In this document: in pieces, positions 1 through 13,335 of the stretch
How the letters are laid out: each line of letters begins with the position of its first letter
Position numbering within the stretch: position 1 is the first letter of the stretch
Source: Squalus acanthias
Lineage: Eukaryota
Assembly (NCBI GenBank): GCA_030390025.1
Contig: CM059432.1
Location: 5,394,001-5,458,000, forward strand
DNA: 64,000 nt
Reading direction: 5' to 3'
The notes under the pieces: model-generated
What the model was told of the DNA's origin: nothing
Databases searched by the model: none
What the model saw: only the letters and a program-made list of their open reading frames with translations
Made by a program: the position numbers and the translations under genes

Positions 1-886
1 CCCCCCCCCCCCACCCACCCGCTCCCAAAAGACTCGTGGGTGTTGACACCGTTCAATGGTCAGTCACTAGACTTCGGCAAACAGCATAAATCAAACGGAT
101 ACCGATCATTCGCAGCCGACGGAGCTGCTGTTGGTCAGAGGGCCTCGTTACTAGTGCTTTCAAACAGTTGAGAAAGCCGGAGAGGGAGAGGGGAAACAAT
201 TTAATTGGTTAAGAACAAATGGAAATACTTGAAATAAAAGGTTTTAAAACTAGAGGTCAGAGTTTAAAGCACAGATATTAGAGAAAAATACAAAATATTA
301 AACTTAAATAGTCTGGTTAGAACCTAAACCATAACCCTGCTGCAGGTTTAAAAAAAAAATTCCAGTTTCGACTTTGCAGTGTTGGCATCTGAGTATTGTT
401 AAGAGATGACTCGTGCATGCAAAGCCATGTGCATTGTTTAATAACTTTACCAAATGTACATTCTCTCGATAAGGACCATGGTATTTTACACCACCTACTT
501 GAGTTAACCTGATCATCGTAAGCCATGATTATTGTTTTTGAATGGGTGTAAGATGTTCGTGCTGCACAGCGAAAGAAAATGGAGCATAAGTTTAAAACGA
601 GCGGATACTAATGGTTCCTCGTCCACTAATCTACTGTCTCATGACTGTTACTTAGTTTGGTGGCAACCAGATTCCTACGGTTTTGCAAAGTTTAAATAAT
701 GAGTGTCATTATGCTCCCAGTAACCTGCCTTAATTGGTTATGACGTGGTATTTGTTGTGCTTTTGTAATTACCTTGATTACTAAAGTTAAACAAATGTAT
801 TTATACCTGTTCCAGAAACATAGCAAGTATGTTTACATGTTCTAAAGTTTGTTAAAATGCAATGAATTTCTAAGTTGATTTGTTCA

Positions 887-892
887 AATAAA
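887..892 (+). promoter_or_regulatory. Candidate polyadenylation signal ending an AT-rich 3'UTR-like segment
   Basis: AATAAA at 887-892 after ~700 bp of AT-rich, non-repetitive, non-coding sequence, followed by T/GT-rich bases. A single hexamer is weak evidence. Confidence 0.25.
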
Positions 893-2339
893 TTTAGCAA
901 ATTAATATGTATGCATTGTATATTTTTTCCCCGCCCTCGCAAGATTCCCTGTGGCATCGCGTACAGGTGTTTGAGACCAATTTGGATTTTTCAGCTCACG
1001 CAGGGTTAGAGGGTGTGGAATACCAAGGTGGGGTGGGAGAAAGGGAATTGAAGAGGAGGCAAATCCGGGTGTGAGGCAAGAGCAGAGATGTGACAAGTCG
1101 GGGGAGGGAGAGAGGGAAGGAAAAGGACAGTGGAAGAGGAGCGAGGAAGGGCGTACTGAGGAAGTGAAATTCAGTGCAGTGGAGGTAAGGGGTTTGAGGC
1201 ATAAAACAGCCAGCCATTGGGGGGGAAGAAGAAATGCAGTCAGTCGAGGTGATACTGTGGAGGGGAAATGCAGTTAGAGGGGAGGAGGGGCGATTACTGT
1301 AAAGGAGGAATTGAAGTGGGGTAGGGGGTAATCGGAGAGAGACGACTGCACCCAGTGGGAGGGGGGGGGGAGCAGCTGGGAGGAAGCGGGGGGATTGGCA
1401 GCCAGTGCATGGGTTGAGATGGGAAATGTAGCCAACAGAAGTAGAGTTTGAAATCTTGTTCATTAATGGGGGCGGGGGGGGGGGTTGCAAAATAATGTTC
1501 TTCAGGGGAGAAATGGGGCCAAATTTTTGCTCAGTAGATTTGCAGGGTTGTTGGGCTGTAAACATGCTCAGTGGTGGGGTGCAGTGTTTTTACAACTAGC
1601 CAGGGCCCTATTCTGATTATGTTTTAGTCTGCTTTGGGGGGGGGGGGGGGGGGGGCGACTGTCCTCTCCTTTTTATACATTATGAAAATTTGGGAGAGTG
1701 GCATTTTTCAGTCCTGGCTGCGCTTTCAGTCGAGCTGTTGCGAGGGTGAGGATGGCATTTCCCAGTTGTGTTTGGAAATGGGCCGCAGTAGTTCCTGCAA
1801 GGTGCAGCTTGCTGAAGCTGTCCAAACGCTGCTTCGGGCAGAAGCGGACAGCGGGAAGGTGAGTTCATTATTTTTTTTATGGGCGGGGGGTTGTCACCCG
1901 TCTAAAGACTTGAGTACTTCAAAATTGTTTGGGAAAACTGAGAGCGAGATGGGGGTGTTGCTTCAAAAAGGGACGAAAATAACCACAATGGCCGGGCTAT
2001 GTAATTGTATAAAATGCCTCCCTTGCTTAAAGTAAATTGCTGGATGCTCTACATCAGCGTGTCTAAGCTTTGTCGTCATTGTTACACCAGTGCACGCCAT
2101 GGAGCCTCACTGTATAGGGCTGAAAATAGACTAGGGTGGTAGATGATCATCCGCCCGTTTTACGCACCGCTCGATTTTTAATTTGCATTGACTGATGTAA
2201 ATCGGGTTGTGTGTAAAACCAACGGCCAATTCGCTATGGTCGGTTTTGCGCTACTGCCCAAGACACGTTTTACCCCGGTAAAGTTTAATTTCACGCTCCT
2301 ATTTGCACGTACGTATCTCAACTACTAAAAGATCTTAAA

Positions 2340-2550
2340 CAAAAACGGAATACTGCGGATGCTGGAAATCTGAAAAAAAGGCATAAAGTACTGGAAATAC
2401 GCAGCAGGTCGGGCAGTATCTGTGCAGAGAGAAACAGAGTCAACATTTCGGGTGGATGACATTTCGTCAGAACTGGAAGATGTTAGAGATTTAACAGTTT
2501 TTAAGCAAGTACTGAGCCAGGGATGCGGAGAGGAAAGAACAAAAGGGGAA
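2340..2550 (-). mobile_element. Penelope-like element terminal (pLTR) fragment
   Basis: Reverse complement resembles the terminus at 58260-58392 (tactgcggatgctggaaatctgaa...cagcaggtcgggcagtatctgtgcagagagaaacagagt) and carries a degenerate hammerhead core. Confidence 0.7.
2438..2474 (-). ncRNA. Degenerate minimal hammerhead ribozyme motif
   Basis: Minus strand reads AGTT-CTGACGA-aatgtcatccaccc-GAAA-T-GTT-GACT. The core boxes and stem I are present, but stem II is decayed. Confidence 0.5.
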
Positions 2551-2780
2551 GGGCTATTTTGGGGTGGAATGGAGAAGAGCTGTGATGGGGAAGGGCTGGG
2601 CAGTGATGGGGTGCAATGGGGAAGGGAAGAGATGGGGTGGAATGGGGAAGGGAAGAGATGGGGTGGAATGGGAAAGAGCTGCGATGGGGAAGAGCTGTGA
2701 TGGGGTGGAACAGGGAATAGCGTGGAATGGGGCTGGGCTGTGATAGGGTAGAATAGGGAAGAGCTGCGATTGGGTGGAAT

Positions 2781-3014
2781 GGGAAAGGGTTGCGATGGGG
2801 TGGAATGGGAAAGGGTTGCGATGGGCTGGAATGGGAAAGGGTTGCGATGGGCTGGAATGGGAAAGGGTTGCGATGGGCTGGAATGGGAAAGGGTTGCGAT
2901 GGGCTGGAATGGGAAAGGGTTGCGATGGGCTGGAATGGGAAAGGGTTGCGATGGGCTGGAATGGGAAAGGGTTGCGATGGGCTGGAATGGGAAAGGGCTG
3001 CGATGGGCTGGAAT
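2781..3014. repeat. Homogeneous 26-bp sub-array GGGAAAGGGTTGCGATGGGCTGGAAT (~9 copies)
   Basis: Near-perfect tandem copies; they produce the 26-aa periodic ORFs at 2770-3117. Confidence 0.9.
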
Positions 3015-6000
3015 GGGGAAGGGCAGTGATGGGGTGGAATGGGGCTGGGCTGTGATTGGGCGGAATGGGGAAGGGCTGGGCTGTGATTGGGTGGAATGGG
3101 GACGGGCTGGGCTGTGATTGGGTGTAATGGGGAAGGGCTGGGCTGTGATTGGGTGGAATGGGGAAGGGCTGGGCTGTGATTGGGTGGAATGGGGAAGGGC
3201 TGGGCTGTGATTGGGTGGAATGGGGAAGGGCTGGGCTGTGATTGGGTGGAATTGGGAAGGGCTGGGCTGTGATTGGGTGGAATGGTGAAGGGCTGGGCTG
3301 TGATTGGGTGGAATGGGGAAGGGCTGGGCTGTGATTGGGTGGAATGGGGAAGGGCTGGGCTGTGATTGGGTGGAATTGGGAAGGGCTGGGCTGTGATTGG
3401 GTGGAATGGGGAAGGGCTGGGCTGTGATTGGGTGGAATGGGGAAGGGCTGGGCTGTGATTGGGTGGAATTGGGAAGGGCTGGGCTGTGATTGGGTGGAAT
3501 GGTGAAGGGCTGGGCTGTGATTGGGTGGAATGGGGAAGGGCTGGGCTGTGATTGGGTGGAATGGGGAAGGGCTGGGCTGTGATTGGGTGGAATGGGGAAG
3601 GGCTGGACTTTGATTGGGTGGAATTGGGAAGGGCTGGGCTGTGATTGGGTGGAATGGGGAAGGGCTGGGCTCTGATTGGGTGGAATGGGGAAGGGCTGGG
3701 CTGTGATGGTGTGGAATGGGGAAGGGCTGGGCTGTGATTGGGTGGAATGGAATGGGGAAGGACTGGGCTGTGATTTGGTGGAATGGGGAAGGGCTGGGCT
3801 GTGATTGGGTAGAATTGGGAAGGGCTGGGCTGTGATTGGGTGGAATGGGGAAGGGCTGGGCTGTGATTGGGTGGAATGGGGAAGGGCTGGGCTGTGATTG
3901 GGTAGAATTGGGAAGGGCTGGGCTGTGATTGGGTGGAATGGGGAAGGGCTGGGCTGTGATTGGGTGGAATGGGGAAGGGTAGGGCTGGGCTGTGATTGGG
4001 TGGAATGGGGAAGGGCTGGGCTGTGATTGGGTGGAATGGGGCAGAGCTGGGCTGTGATTGGGTGGAATAGGGCTGCACTGTGATTGGGTGGAATGGGGAA
4101 GGGTTGGGCTGTGATTGGGTGGAATGGGACAGAGCTGGGCTGTGATTGGGTGGAATGGGGAAGGGCTGGGCTGTGATTGGGTGGAATGGGGAAGGGCTGT
4201 GCTGTGAGTGGGTGGAATGGGGAAGGGCTGGGCTGTGATTGGGTGGAATGGGGAAGGGCTGGGCTGTGATTGGGTGGAATGGGGAAGGGCTGGGCTGTGA
4301 TTGGGTGGAATGGGGAAGGGCTGGGCTGTGATTGCGTGGAATGGTGAAGGGCTGGGCTGTGATTGGGTGGAATGGGGAAGGGCTGGGCTGTGATTGGGTG
4401 GAATGGGGAAGGGCTGGGCTGTGATTGGGTGGAATGGGGAAGGGCTGGGCTGTGATTGGGTGGAATGGGGAAGGGCTGGACTTTGATTGGGTGGAATTGG
4501 GAAGGGCTGGGCTGTGATTGGGTGGAATGGGGAAGGGCTGGGCTCTGATTGGGTGGAATGGGGAAGGGCTGGGCTGTGATGGTGTGGAATGGGGAAGGGC
4601 TGGGCTGTGATTGGGTGGAATGGAATGGGGAAGGACTGGGCTGTGATTTGGTGGAATGGGGAAGGGCTGGGCTGTGATTGGGTAGAATTGGGAAGGGCTG
4701 GGCTGTGATTGGGTGGAATGGGGAAGGGCTGGGCTGTGATTGGGTGGAATGGGGAAGGGCTGGGCTGTGATTGGGTAGAATTGGGAAGGGCTGGGCTGTG
4801 ATTGGGTGGAATGGGGAAGGGCTGGGCTGTGATTGGGTGGAATGGGGAAGGGTAGGGCTGGGCTGTGATTGGGTGGAATGGGGAAGGGCTGGGCTGTGAT
4901 TGGGTGGAATGGGGCAGAGCTGGGCTGTGATTGGGTGGAATAGCGCTGCGCTGTGATTGGGTGGAATGGGGAAGGGTTGGGCTGTGATTGGGTGGAATGG
5001 GACAGAGCTGGGCTGTGATTGGGTGGAATGGGGCTGGGCTGTGATTGGGTGGAATGGGGAAGGGCTGTGCTATGATTGGGTGGAATGGGGAAGGGCTGGG
5101 CTGTGATTGGGTGGAATGGGGAAGGGCTGGGCTGTGATTGGGTGGATTGGGGAAGGGCTGGGCTGTGATTGGGTGGAATGGGAAAGAGCTGCAGTGGGGT
5201 GGGGCTGTGATGGGGGTGGAACGGGGAATAGCTGGGATAGGGTGGAACGGGGCTGGTTTCTCATAGGGTGGAATGGGGAAGGGAAGGACTGTGATGGGCT
5301 GGAATGGGGAAGGGCTGTGATGGGCTGGGCTGTGATTGGGTGGAATGGGGCAGGGAAGGACTGGGTGGTATGGGGAAGGGCTGTGATTGAGTGGAATGGG
5401 CAAGGGCAGGGCTGTGCTGTGATTGGGTGGAATGGGGAAGGGCAGGGCTGGTCTGTGATTGGGTGGAATGGGAATGGACTGGGCTGTGATTGGGTGGAAT
5501 GGGGAAGGGCTGGGCTGTGATTGGGTGGATGGGGAAGGACTGGGCTGTGATTGGGTGGAATGGGGAAGGGCTGGGCTGTGATTGGGTGGAATGGGGAAGG
5601 ACTGAGCTGTGATTGGGTGGAATGGGGAACGGCTGGGCTGTGATAGGCTGGAATGGGGAAGAGCTGAGCTGTGATAGGGTGCAATGGGGAAGGGCAGTGA
5701 TGGGGTGGAATGGGGACGGGCAGTGATGGGTGGAATAGGGAAGGGCAGTGATGCGGTGGAATGGGGAAGGGCTTTGATAGGGAAGGGAAGAGATGGGCTG
5801 TGATAGGATGGAATGGGGAAGGGCTGTGCTAGGGTTGTATGGGGAAGGGCTGGTCTCTGATTGGGTGGAATGGGGAAGAGCTGTGATGATGTGGAATGGG
5901 GAAGAGATGTGATGGGGTGGAATGGGGAAGAGCTGTGATGATGTGGAATGGGGAAGGGCCGAGGTGGGGTGGAAAGGGGAAGGGCTGTGATAGAGTGGAA

Positions 6001-9000
6001 TGGGGAAGGGAAGAGATGGGCTGTGATAGGGTGAAATGGGGAAGAGCTGGAATAGGGTGGGGCTGTGATGGGGTGGAACAGGGAATAGCTGGGATTGGGT
6101 GGAATGGGGAATAGCTGGGATAGGGTGGAACGGGGCTGGGCTGTGATAGGGTGGAATGGGGAAGGGAAGGACTGTGATTGGGTGGAATGGGGAAGGGCTG
6201 TCATGGGGTGGAATGGGGAAGGGCTGTGCTGTGCTGGGCTGGAATGGGGAAGGGCAGTGATGGGCTGGGCTGGGCTGTGATTGGGTGGAATGGGGCAGGG
6301 CTGGGCTGTGATTGGGTGGAATGGGGAAGGGCAGGGCTGAGCTGTGATTGGGTGGAATGGGGCAGGGCAGGGCTGTGATTGGGTGGAATGGGGAAGGGTA
6401 GGGCTGTGATTGATTGGTTGGAATGGGGAAGGGAAGGGCTGCGCTGTGATTGGGTGGAATGGGGAAGGGAAGGGCTGGGCTGTGATTGGGTGGAATGGGG
6501 AAAGGCTGGGCTGTGATTGGGTGGAATGGGGAAGGACTGGGGTGTGATTGGGTGCAATGGGGAAGGACTGGGCTGTGAATGGGTGGAATGGGGAAGGGCT
6601 GGGCTGTGATTGGGTGGAATGGGGAAGGGCTGGGCTGTGATTGGGTGGAATGGGGAAGGGCTGGGCTGTGATAGGCTGGAATGGGGAAGAGCTGTGATGG
6701 GGTGGAATGGTTAAGGGCTGTGATAGGGTGGAATGGGGAGCGCTGAGCTGGGATAGGGTGCAATGGGGAAGGGCAGTGATGGGGTGGAATGGGGAAGGGC
6801 AGTGATGGGGTGGAATGGGGAAGGGCAGTGATGGGGTGGAATGGTTAAGGGCTGTGATAGGGTGGAATGGGGAGAGCTGAGCTGGGATAGGGTGGAATGG
6901 GGAAGGGCAGTGATGGGGTGGAATGGGGAAGGGCAGTGATGGGGTGGAATGGGGAAGGGCAGTGATGGGGTGGAATGGGGAAGGGCTGGACTTTGATTGG
7001 GTGGAATTGGGAAGGGCTGTGATCGGGTGGAATGGGGAAGGGCTGGGCTGTGATTGGGTGGAATGGGGAAGGGCTGGGCTGTGATTGGGTTTAATGCGTA
7101 GGGCTGGGCTGTGATTGGGTGGAATGGGGAAGGGTTGGGCAGTGATTGATTGGTTGGAATGGGGAAGGGAAGGGCTGCGCTGTGATTGGGTGGAATGGGG
7201 AAGTCCAGGGCTGGGCTGTGATTGGGTGGAATGGGGAAGGGCTGGGCTGTGATTGGGTGGAATGGGGAAGGGCTGGGCTGTGATTGGGTGGAATGGGGAA
7301 GGGAAGGGCTGGGCTGTGATTGGGTGGAATGGGGAAGGGCTGGGCTATGATTGGGTGGAATGGGGAAGGGCTGGGCTGTGATTGGGTAGAATGGAGAAGC
7401 GCTGGGCTGTGATAGGGTGGAATGGGGAAGGACTGGGCTGCGTTTGGTTGAAAGGGGGAAGGACTGGGCTGTGATTGGGTGGAATGGGGCAGGGCTGGGC
7501 TGTGATTGGGTGGAATGGGGAAGGACTGGGCTGTGATTGGGTGGAATGGGGAAGGACTGGGCTGTGATTGGGTGGAATGGGGAACGGCTGGGCTGTGATA
7601 GGCTCGAATGGGGAAGAGCTGAGATGGGGTGGAAAGAGCAAGGGCTGTGATTGGGTGGAATGGGGAAGGACTGGGCTGTGATTGGGTGCAATGGGGAAGG
7701 GCTGTGATGGGGTGGAATGGGGAAGGGCTGTGATGGGGTGGAATGGGGAAGGGCTGGGCTGTGATTGGGTGGAATGGGGAAGGGCTGGGCTGTGATTGGG
7801 TGGAATGGGGAAGGGCACGGCTAGGCTGTGATTGGGTGGAATGGGGAAGGGCAGGGCTGGGTTGTGATTGGGTGGAATGGGGCAGGGCTGGGCTGTGATT
7901 GGGTGGAATGGGGAAGGGAAGGGCTGGGCTGTGATTGGGCGGAATGGGGAAGGGCTGGGCTATGATTGGGTGGAATGGGGAAGGGCTGGGCTGTGATTGG
8001 GTAGAATGGAGAAGCGCTGGGCTGTGATAGGGTGGAATGGGGAAGGACTGGGCTGCGTTTGGTTGAAAGGGGGAAGGACTGGGCTGTGATTGGGTGGAAT
8101 GTGGAAATGCAGGGCTGTGATTGGGTGGAATGGGGAAGGGCTGAGCTGTGATTGGGTGGAATGGGGAAGGGCTGGGCTGTGATTGGGTGGAATGGGGAAG
8201 GGCTGGGCTGTGATTGGGTGGAATGGGGAAGGGCTGGGCTGTGATTGGGTTGAATGCGCAGGGTTGGGCTGTGATTGGGTGGAATGGGGAAGGGTTGGGC
8301 AGTGATTGATTGGTTGGAATGGGGAAGGGAAGGGCTGCGCTGTGATTGGGTGGAATGGGGAAGTCCAGGGCTGGGCTGTGATTGGGTGGAATGGGGAAGG
8401 GCTGGGCTGTGATTGAGTAGAATGGAGAAGTGCTGGGCTGTGATAGGGTGGAATGGGGAAGGACTGGGCTGCGTTTGGTTGAAAGGGGGAAGGACTGGGC
8501 TGTGATTGGGTGGAATGGGGCAGGGCTGGGCTGTGATTGGGTGGAATGGGGAAGGACTGGGCAGTGATTGGGTGGAATGGGGAAGGGCTGGGCTGTGATT
8601 GGGTGGAATGGGGATGGACTGGGCTGTGATTGGGTGGAATGGGGAACGGCTGGGCTGTGATAGGCTCGAATGGGGAAGAGCTGTGATGGGGTGGAATGAG
8701 CAAGGGCTGTGATTGGGTGGAATGGGGAAGGACTGGGCTGTGATTGGGTGCAATGGGGAAGGGCTGTGATGGGGTGGAATGGGGAAGGGCTGTGATGGGG
8801 TGGAATGGGGAAGGGCAGTGTTGGGCTGAGCTGTGATTGGGTGGAATGGGGAAGGGCACGGCTGGGCTGTGATTGGGTGGAATGGGGAAGGGAAGGGCTG
8901 AGCTGTGATTGGGTGGAATGGGGAAGGGTTGGGCTGTGATTGATTGGGTGGAATGGGGAAGGGAAGGGCTGGGCTGTGACTGGGTGGAGCGGGGAAGGGA

Positions 9001-12000
9001 AGGGCTAGGCTGTGATTGCGTGGAATGGGCAAGGGAAGGGCTGGGCTGTGATTGGGTGGAATGTGGAAATGCAGGGCTGTGATTGGGTGGAATGGGGAAG
9101 GGCTGAGCTGTGATTGGGTGGAATGGGGAAGGGCTGGGCTGTGATTGGGTGGAATGGGGACGGGCTGGGCTGTGATTGGGTGGAATGGGGATGGGCTGGG
9201 CTGTGATTGGGTGGAATGGGCAAGGGCTGGGATGTGATTGGGTGGAATGGGGAAGGGCTCAGCTGTGATTGGGTGGAATGGGAAAGGATTGGGCTGTGAT
9301 TGGGTGGAATGGAGAAGTGCTGTGCTTTGATTGGGTGGAATGGGGAAGGACTGGGCTGTAATTGGGTGAAATGGGGAAGGGCTGGGCTGTGAATGGGTGG
9401 AATGGGGAAGGACTGGGCTATGATTGGGTGGAATGGGGAAGGACTGGGCTGGTATTGGGTGGAATGGGGAAGGACTGGGCTGTGATTGGGTGGAATGGGG
9501 AAGGGAAGGGCTGAGCTGTGATTGGGTGGAATGGGGAAGGGTTGGGCTGTGATTGATTGGGTGGAATGGGGAAGGGAAGGGCTGGGCTGTGACTGGGTGG
9601 AGCGGGGAAGGGAAGGGCTAGGCTGTGATTGCGTTGAATGGGCAAGGGAAGGGCTGGGCTGTGATTGGGTGGAATGTGGAAATGCATGGCTGTGATTGGG
9701 TGGAATGGGGAAGGGCTGAGCTGTGATTGGGTGGAATGGGGAAGGACTGGGCTGTGATTGGGTGGAATGGGGACGGGCTGGGCTGTGATTGGGTGGAATG
9801 GGGATGGGCTGGGCTGTGATTGGGTGGAATGGGGAAGGGAAGGGCTGAGCTGTGATTGGGTGGAATGGGGAAGGGTTGGGCTGTGATTGATTGGGTGGAA
9901 TGGGGAAGGGAAGGGCTGGTCTGTGACTGGGTGGAATGTGGAAATGCAGGGCTGTGATTGGGTGGAATGGGGAAGGGCTGAGCTGTGATTGGGTGGAATG
10001 GGGGAGGGCTGGGCTGTGATTGGGTGGAATGGGGACGGGCTGGGCTGTGATTGGGTGGAATGGGGATGGGCTGGGCTGTGATTGGGTGGAATGGGCAAGG
10101 GCTGGGATGTGATTGGGTGGAATGGGGAAGGGCTCAGCTGTGATTGGGTGGAATGGGAAAGGATTGGGCTGTGATTGGGTGGAATGGAGAAGTGCTGTGC
10201 TTTGATTGGGTGGAATGGGGAAGGACTGGGCTGTAATTGGGTGAAATGGGGAAGGGCTGGGCTGTGAATGGGTGGAATGGGGAAGGACTGGGCTATGATT
10301 GGGTGGAATGGGGAAGGACTGGGCTGGTATTGGGTGGAATGGGGAAGGACTGGGCTGTGATTGGGTGGAATGGGGAAGGGCTGGGCTGTGATTGGGTGGA
10401 ATGGGGAAGGGCTGGGCTGTGATTGGGTGGAATGGGGAAGTGTTGAGCTGTGATTGGGTGGGATGGAGAAGGGCTGTGCTGTGATTGGTTGGAATGGAGA
10501 AGGGCTGGGCTGTGATTGGGTGGAATGGGAAAGGTCTGGGCTGTGATTGGGTGGAATGGGGAAGTGCTGGGCTGTGATTGGGTGGAATGGGGAAGGACTG
10601 TGCTGTGATTGGGTGCAATGGGGAAGGGCTGTGATGGGGTGGAATGGGTAAGGACTGTGATGGGGTGGAATGGGGAAGGGCTGCGATGGACTGGGCTGTG
10701 ATTGGGTGGAATGGGGCAGGGAAGGGCTGTGATTGGGTGGAATGGGGAAGGGCTGGGCTGGGCTGTGATTGGGTGGAATGGGGAAGGGCATGGCTGGGCT
10801 GTGATTGGGTGGAATGGGGAAGGGCTGGGCTGTGATTGGGTGGAATGGGGAAGGGCTGGGCTGGGCTGTGATTGGGTGGAATGGGGAAGGGCATGGCTGG
10901 GCTGTGATTGGGTGGAATGGGGAAGGGCTGGGCTGTGATTGGGTGGGATGGAGATAGGCTGGGCTGTGATTGGGTGGAATGTCGAAGGGCTGGGCTGTGA
11001 TTGGGTGGAATGGGGAAGGGCTGGGCTGTGATTGGGTGGAATGGGGAAGGGCTGGGCTGTGATTGGGTGGAATGGGCAAGGACTGGGCTGTGATTGGGTG
11101 GAATGGGGAAGGACAGGGCTGTGATTGGCTGGAATGGGGAAGGGCTGGGCTGTGATTGGGTGGAATGGGGAAGGACTGGGCTGTGATTGGGTGGAATGGG
11201 GAAGGACTGGGCTGCGTTTGGTTGAAAGGGGGAAGGACTGGGCTGTGATTGGGTGGAATGTGGCAGGGCTGGGCTGTGATTGGGTGGAATGGGGAAGGAC
11301 TGGGCTGTGATTGGGTGGAATGGGGAAGGGCTGGGCTGTGATTGGATGGAATGGGGATGGACTGGGCTGTGATTGGGTGGAATGGGGAACGGCTGGGCTG
11401 TGATAGGCTCGAATGGGGAAGAGCTGTGATGGGGTGGAATGAGCAAGGGCTGTGATTGGGTGGAATGGGGAAGGACTGGGCTGTGATTGGGTGCAATGGG
11501 GAAGGGCTGTGATGGGGTGGAATGGGGAAGGGCTGTGATTGGGTGGAATGGGGAAGGGCTGAGCTGTGATTGGGTGGAATGGGGAAGGGCTGGGCTGTGA
11601 TTGGGTGGAATGGGGACGGGCTGGGCTGTGATTGGGTGGAATGGGGATGGGCTGGGCTGTGATTGGGTGGAATGGGGAAGGGAAGGGCTGAGCTGTGATT
11701 GGGTGGAATGGGGAAGGGTTGGGCTGTGATTGATTGGGTGGAATGGGGAAGGGAAGGGCTGGTCTGTGACTGGGTGGAATGTGGAAATGCAGGGCTACGA
11801 TTGGGTGGAATGGGGAAGGGCTGAGCTGTGATTGGGTGGAATGGGGGAGGGCTGGGCTGTGATTGGGTGGAATGGGGACGGGCTGGGCTGTGATTGGGTG
11901 GAATGGGGATGGGCTGGGCTGTGATTGGGTGGAATGGGCAAGGGCTGGGATGTGATTGGGTGGAATGGGGAAGGGCTCAGCTGTGATTGGGTGGAATGGG

Positions 12001-13242
12001 AAAGGATTGGGCTGTGATTGGGTGGAATGGAGAAGTGCTGTGCTTTGATTGGGTGGAATGGGGAAGGACTGGGCTGTAATTGGGTGAAATGGGGAAGGGC
12101 TGGGCTGTGAATGGGTGGAATGGGGAAGGACTGGGCTATGATTGGGTGGAATGGGGAAGGACTGGGCTGGTATTGGGTGGAATGGGGAAGGACTGGGCTG
12201 TGATTGGGTGGAATGGGGAAGGGCTGGGCTGTGATTGGGTGGAATGGGGAAGGGCTGGGCTGTGATTGGGTGGAATGGGGAAGTGTTGAGCTGTGATTGG
12301 GTGGGATGGAGAAGGGCTGTGCTGTGATTGGTTGGAATGGAGAAGGGCTGGGCTGTGATTGGGTGGAATGGGAAAGGTCTGGGCTGTGATTGGGTGGAAT
12401 GGGGAAGTGCTGGGCTGTGATTGGGTGGAATGGGGAAGGGCTGGGCTGTGATTGGGTGGAATGGGGAAGGACTGTGCTGTGATTGGGTGCAATGGGGAAG
12501 GGCTGTGATGGGGTGGAATGGGTAAGGACTGTGATGGGGTGGAATGGGGAAGGGCTGCGATGGACTGGGCTGTGATTGGGTGGAATGGGGCAGGGAAGGG
12601 CTGTGATTGGGTGGAATGGGGAAGGGCTGGGCTGGGCTGTGATTGGGTGGAATGGGGAAGGGCATGGCTGGGCTGTGATTCGGTGGAATGGGGAAGGGCT
12701 GGGCTGTGATTGGGTGGAATGGGGAAGGGCTGGGCTGGGCTGTGATTGGGTGGAATGGGGAAGGGCATGGCTGGGCTGTGATTGGGTGGAATGGGGAAGG
12801 GCTGGGCTGTGATTGGGTGGGATGGAGATAGGCTGGGCTGTGATTGGGTGGAATGTCGAAGTGCTGGGCTGTGATTGGGTGGAATGGGGAAGGGCTGGGC
12901 TGTGATTGGGTGGAATGGGGAAGGGCTGGGCTGTGATTGGGTGGAATGGGCAAGGACTGGGCTGTGATTGGGTGGAATGGGGAAGGACAGGGCTGTGATT
13001 GGCTGGAATGGGGAAGGGCTGGGCTGTGATTGGGTGGAATGGGGAAGGACTGGGCTGTGATTGGGTGAATGGCGAAGGACTGGGCCGTGATTGGGTGGAA
13101 TGGGGAAGGGCTGGGCTGTGATAGGCTGGAATGGGGAAGAGCTGAGATGTGATAGGGTGCAATGGGGAAGGGCAGTGATGGGCTGGAATGGGGAAGGGCA
13201 GTGATGGGCTGGAATAGGGAAGGGCAGTGATGGGCTGGAATG

Positions 13243-13335
13243 GACAAAAATGAGAAGTCGCACAACACCAGGTTATAGTCCAACAGTTTTATTTGAAATC
13301 ACGAGCTTTTGGAGCGCTGCTCCTTCGTCAGGTAA
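13243..13335 (-). mobile_element. Penelope-like terminal fragment with hammerhead motif, embedded in the satellite (copy 1)
   Basis: Non-satellite insert. Minus strand reads TTAC-CTGACGA-A-GGAGC-agc-GCTCC-AAAA-GCTC-GTGA, followed by AATAAA. Confidence 0.7.

Noticed and set aside
304..526. Short minus-strand ORFs, one with CQHC
   Set aside because: No recognisable domain or splice structure.
996..2035. Pro-rich ORF 996-1565 and a possible exon ending at AAG|GTGAGT (~1858)
   Set aside because: Low-complexity purine-rich DNA with G homopolymers; no recognisable homology in the frames examined.
2115..2300. Possible decayed MITE (gggctgaaaat...atttcacgctcc)
   Set aside because: TIRs too degenerate and no clear TSD.
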